Of a DNA stretch of 39,161 bases, positions 35,738-39,161 are shown one piece after another. The DNA comes from Neolecta irregularis DAH-3. Lineage: Eukaryota. Location of the stretch: positions 1 through 39,161 of the forward strand of contig LXFE01002180.1 of the NCBI GenBank assembly GCA_001929475.1, written 5' to 3'. The stretch's first letter is position 1, and each line of letters starts with the position of its first letter. The translations under genes were made by a program, and so were the position numbers. Below the pieces are notes generated by a model. That model was not told the origin of the DNA. It was given only the letters and a program-made list of their open reading frames with translations, and made no database searches.

Positions 35738-38007
35738 TTATTTTCTATACTGAACAGTTTCATAAACATCCGGATATCGAACGTCAGCCTCGTCCTCCAG
35801 AAATTGTATCCACTGCTTCAAAAAGGAATCCCGTGAAACAGTCTCCGAGTCTCCTACAATGCACAAATGTCGCTTTGGTCTGGTCATGGCTACATTTAGT
35901 CTTCGTTTCTCGGCCAGGAATCCAATTTCGCGTTTATCGTTGCTGCGTACAAGGGAAACTATGACAGCTTCCTTCTCACGTCCCTGAAATCCATCGACGC
36001 TGCCTATTTCAAGATTGATAAATAAATCGCCAAGGAGAATAGATAATTGACCAACCTTTACTTATCGTTAGCATAATATAAGCGGGTTTGAAAATAGGAT
36101 GTGAACCTGTGCATTGTACGGCGTGATTACTGCAATATCTTCATTTTTAACACCAGCGTTGGTAAGCGCAATGACATGTTTCTTGACTACAAGAGCCTCC
36201 ATTTCATTACTTTTACTCTCGACTAATAATTTAAATTCTTCTTCATCAGTGATTTGTTCAGGGAAATTGCCGCCTATAGTGTCGTAGAATATCAGCGGCT
36301 GCGTAGTATCTTCCGTTTCTTGTACATCGGGCAGATCACTTAATAAATGTCCTTTCACTTTTTCGTCCGCTTTTAATTTCCCATGGTAGAGTGAATCAGA
36401 CGGAAACCGCATGATTTTTTCGTGCATTCGGTATTGTATTTCCAGCGTACGTGTGACTTTCTCCCTGTAGGTATGTAAAAGGCGGTCAAAGAGAGAATAG
36501 TCCAATGTTCCAGGACCCTTTCTATCTGATTTGGATTTTATGGTAGGCGGGAGTTGAAGATGATCCCCGGCGAGTACGAGTTTCCTACCTTTTAATATAG
36601 GAATCCAGCAAGACTCAGTATTAGCAAAGTTTTGTGGGGAAAAAAGGTACAGCTTCGAGAGCTTGGGAAGCTTCATCGATAATAACCACATCGAATTTAT
36701 GAGCGTTCAAGTAATGAGATCCAGCTCTACGAAATTAACGGTAAAACTTGAAAAAAGTACCCATGACAAGTAGTAAGAATGCAATGACTCGACTTGATAA
36801 TTTTCTCAACGCAAGCTTTTTCTCTTTTTTGATATTCCTTTCGTAAAGCGGACACAGAATCCCATAACGCCTTTCTCTCTTTTGCGTTTCTAATTTTCTT
36901 CGAGAGGCGTGTGATAATCGTGTCTAATTCACTTTTTATATCGTGGAGGATAGGCCTATCATCTGATAAAAGTATTCTATATTCAAGACAATGGTTTAAA
37001 ACGGTTGAAAGGAGACGAGCAGGATGGCCAATTCGTAAAGGGTTGATGTTGCACCTAGATAACCGTTCGACTATATTATCTGTCGGATAAGTAGGGGATA
37101 AGAATGATAGAAGGGATACCGACAGAAATATTAGAGGGTCCACATACTAATACTTTTAATCCTCTAGCAAGGAACTGTAAAATGAGTTCGATTAAAGTGG
37201 AAGTTTTTCCAGTCTATCGTTATTCACAGAAAACAAGGTAAATGTACACCCGGAGGACCGTGGATTACAGCAACATGATTTGCCTGAAGGGCAAATTTTA
37301 CTGCTTCCTTCTGACTCTCATTTAGCATTGAGTCGAAAAATTTGATCTCGCAGATTGCCTCCGTCGTCGTCGGAGATGCAATTAATGGATCTTGAAGTAA
37401 AATACGAGCAAGTTGAGTTAATTCGATCGTTTCGTCTCGAATCTTTTCCATGGCAAGGGTCATTCTAGGTATCATACAGCGGTACGATACAATCCGCACC
37501 GTTTAAAAGTAGCGTCATTAACAAGTTTAACTCTTTGATCAACCTAGAAAAAAGATAGGGAATAGTACATCCAATATCTAGCTTGATAAAGGGGAACTTG
37601 TTCATCATCAAGCATGTCCAAAACAACAGTCACGGACGTCTTTGTAATCCGTAAAACGACACCCGTTGGAGTTTTTGCATCTTTCTGGGGTGCGGAGTAG
37701 GGTGTCAAACGGACAGAATCACCCGTTCGTAAAAGATGCGTCGGTAAATTTTGGGGAAGACTTCTGTCTCGTTCGAGTTGGATTACACTGTTTCAACGTA
37801 AATACAAGTTCTCCTGTGAAAAAAGATTTACGTTCTTCCAGCTGCGCCTGTCTTTATCGAGCAAATTGATAAATTAGTTAACCCTAATCCACGTTTCTGA
37901 AGAGCTTGTGGGTGATATTTGTTCAACATCGCGAGTGTTTCATTAACCTCTATATCCCGTTCTTCTTTTAATAGCTTTAATTGTAGATTAGCAAAATCTC
38001 GAGACAT
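35738..38007 (-). CDS. hcs1: SF1 Upf1-like helicase Hcs1/IGHMBP2 (DNA polymerase alpha-associated helicase A)
   Basis: [76 protein letters not shown]. Confidence 0.95.
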
Positions 38008-38075
38008 AATTTCGGGGGGTGTGTCAACTTGATTTGGTAACAGACGATAAATCCGGAGAGTCAATTTACGACGAC

Positions 38076-38571
38076 ATGGCTGACACTGAGGTGAATCCAC
38101 TGACTGGCTTAACGTACGATACTCTTTTTCGGTTCTCACAAGTAGAACGGTTACGCCTGTTCATATCTCACTTACAGACGCCACATCCACTACAATTGTG
38201 TCCACGGACGAAGCATCATCTTCAGTCCCTTGTACATTTCAAACGGCCTGCGATACAGCGTCACGATTATCTCTTGGTCGGACTATGCGTATAACTGCGT
38301 CGTATACAACTACGCATCTAGTTCAAGCGGGGAAAGGCGGGCTTGTTAGTAATGTTGTTGTATCTAAAGACCAAGTTGCCGAAGGTACGAGGATATCAAA
38401 CAAGACGATTCGATTGATGGAGATACTGGAAGGAGCGAGACAAGAAGAATAACTTTTATAGTAATAAGCCATCTCGCAATGGTTAAAATGAAATGCAAGG
38501 GCCGAAATCTATATCAAATACAATGCAAGATCCTCAGGCAAACAAATTGGTTAGTGGTTGAAGATATTTGA
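38076..38571 (+). CDS. Possible small multi-exon hypothetical protein divergent from hcs1
   Basis: ATG followed by several short GT..AG intron-like segments that keep an open Ser/Thr-rich frame; no recognisable homology. Confidence 0.3.
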
Positions 38572-38887
38572 AAGAACACGACAAGGGTGATTATAAAGAA
38601 AAGCAAATTTTGTGATAGTTTGAATGATACATACTACGATAAAAAGTATGTCATGCATGATACACGTAGTATCATAGCGGTTATCTGATGGGGTTTCTAT
38701 TATTATACGTTTCCTTGGTTTTCTACAATGACGTGGCTCATTTTCGTAAATCTATAAGTAGTCTGCCCATTTGTACGTCATTGGATAATGATCTATCCAT
38801 CCACGCAAAGAATCCAAGAATCGCTTTCTTTTTATCTCATCTAAGAACCGTTTTTCATTTATATCGGAACCCCTGAAACTCTTCAAC

Positions 38888-39113
38888 TAGAGCCTGTGCG
38901 ACAAGCCCATGCATGGCCTAAGTGAGCCATTAGGTCTAGTGCATTTCGGCGGTGCTAAGCCCATGACCTGTTTAGGCCCAGCCCATAGCCTATTTAGGTT
39001 GTGGGCTTGCTGGCGTCACTAATTCCTCTGCCCATAAATAATAATAATAGCTTAAACTAGGCCAATTGTCCGGCCCATCTTGGCCCATGGGCTTTGGCCC
39101 ATTGCCAACACTG
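38888..39113. mobile_element. hAT-like MITE remnant with GCCCAT/ATGGG subterminal repeats; left end uncertain
   Basis: Right end CAACACTG (reverse complement CAGTGTTG); multiple gcccat motifs over 38906-39102. Confidence 0.55.
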
Positions 39114-39161
39114 GCCGGGAGCTAGTCTTTTGCAGCAGCGAAAATACAACCTTTTATTCTC

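Noticed and set aside
2347-38139. Apparent frameshifts or pseudogenes implied by the fragmented ORF track, and many antisense ORFs
   Set aside because: The breaks resolve as short spliceosomal introns; the antisense ORFs are shadows of real genes

Overview
Gene-dense, intron-rich fungal nuclear DNA with very short introns (about 33-45 nt, degenerate GT donors, many AAG acceptors). The gene set and style suggest an early-diverging ascomycete (Taphrinomycotina, Neolecta-like); this is inference. By manual splicing I recover, in order: a Ste2/Mam2 pheromone receptor, CDK8/Srb10, Arf6, dynactin p25, thiamine pyrophosphokinase, a CNOT11-like protein, Tim54, a micro-exon Pmp3 gene invisible to the ORF track, a DUF3605/Gig1 protein, two tandem highly diverged Rvs167-like BAR genes, V-ATPase subunit c, Snu13, Dbp5, Bzz1, a DUF1774-like membrane protein, gamma-tubulin, trifunctional Trp1/TrpC and the Hcs1/IGHMBP2 helicase, plus two intronless small secreted proteins. 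Mobile DNA includes a solo LTR with a perfect 5-bp TSD nested in a hAT-like MITE, a second inverted LTR of the same family showing systematic CpG decay, and further MITE-like ends. The most notable signals are the CpG-deamination signature, the divergent BAR duplicates near Bzz1, an HMG-box motif cluster upstream of the pheromone receptor, non-canonical splice donors, and a structured intergenic segment partly complementary to LSU rRNA. I found no clearly new multi-gene system. All gene calls come from motif recognition by eye, not database searches.
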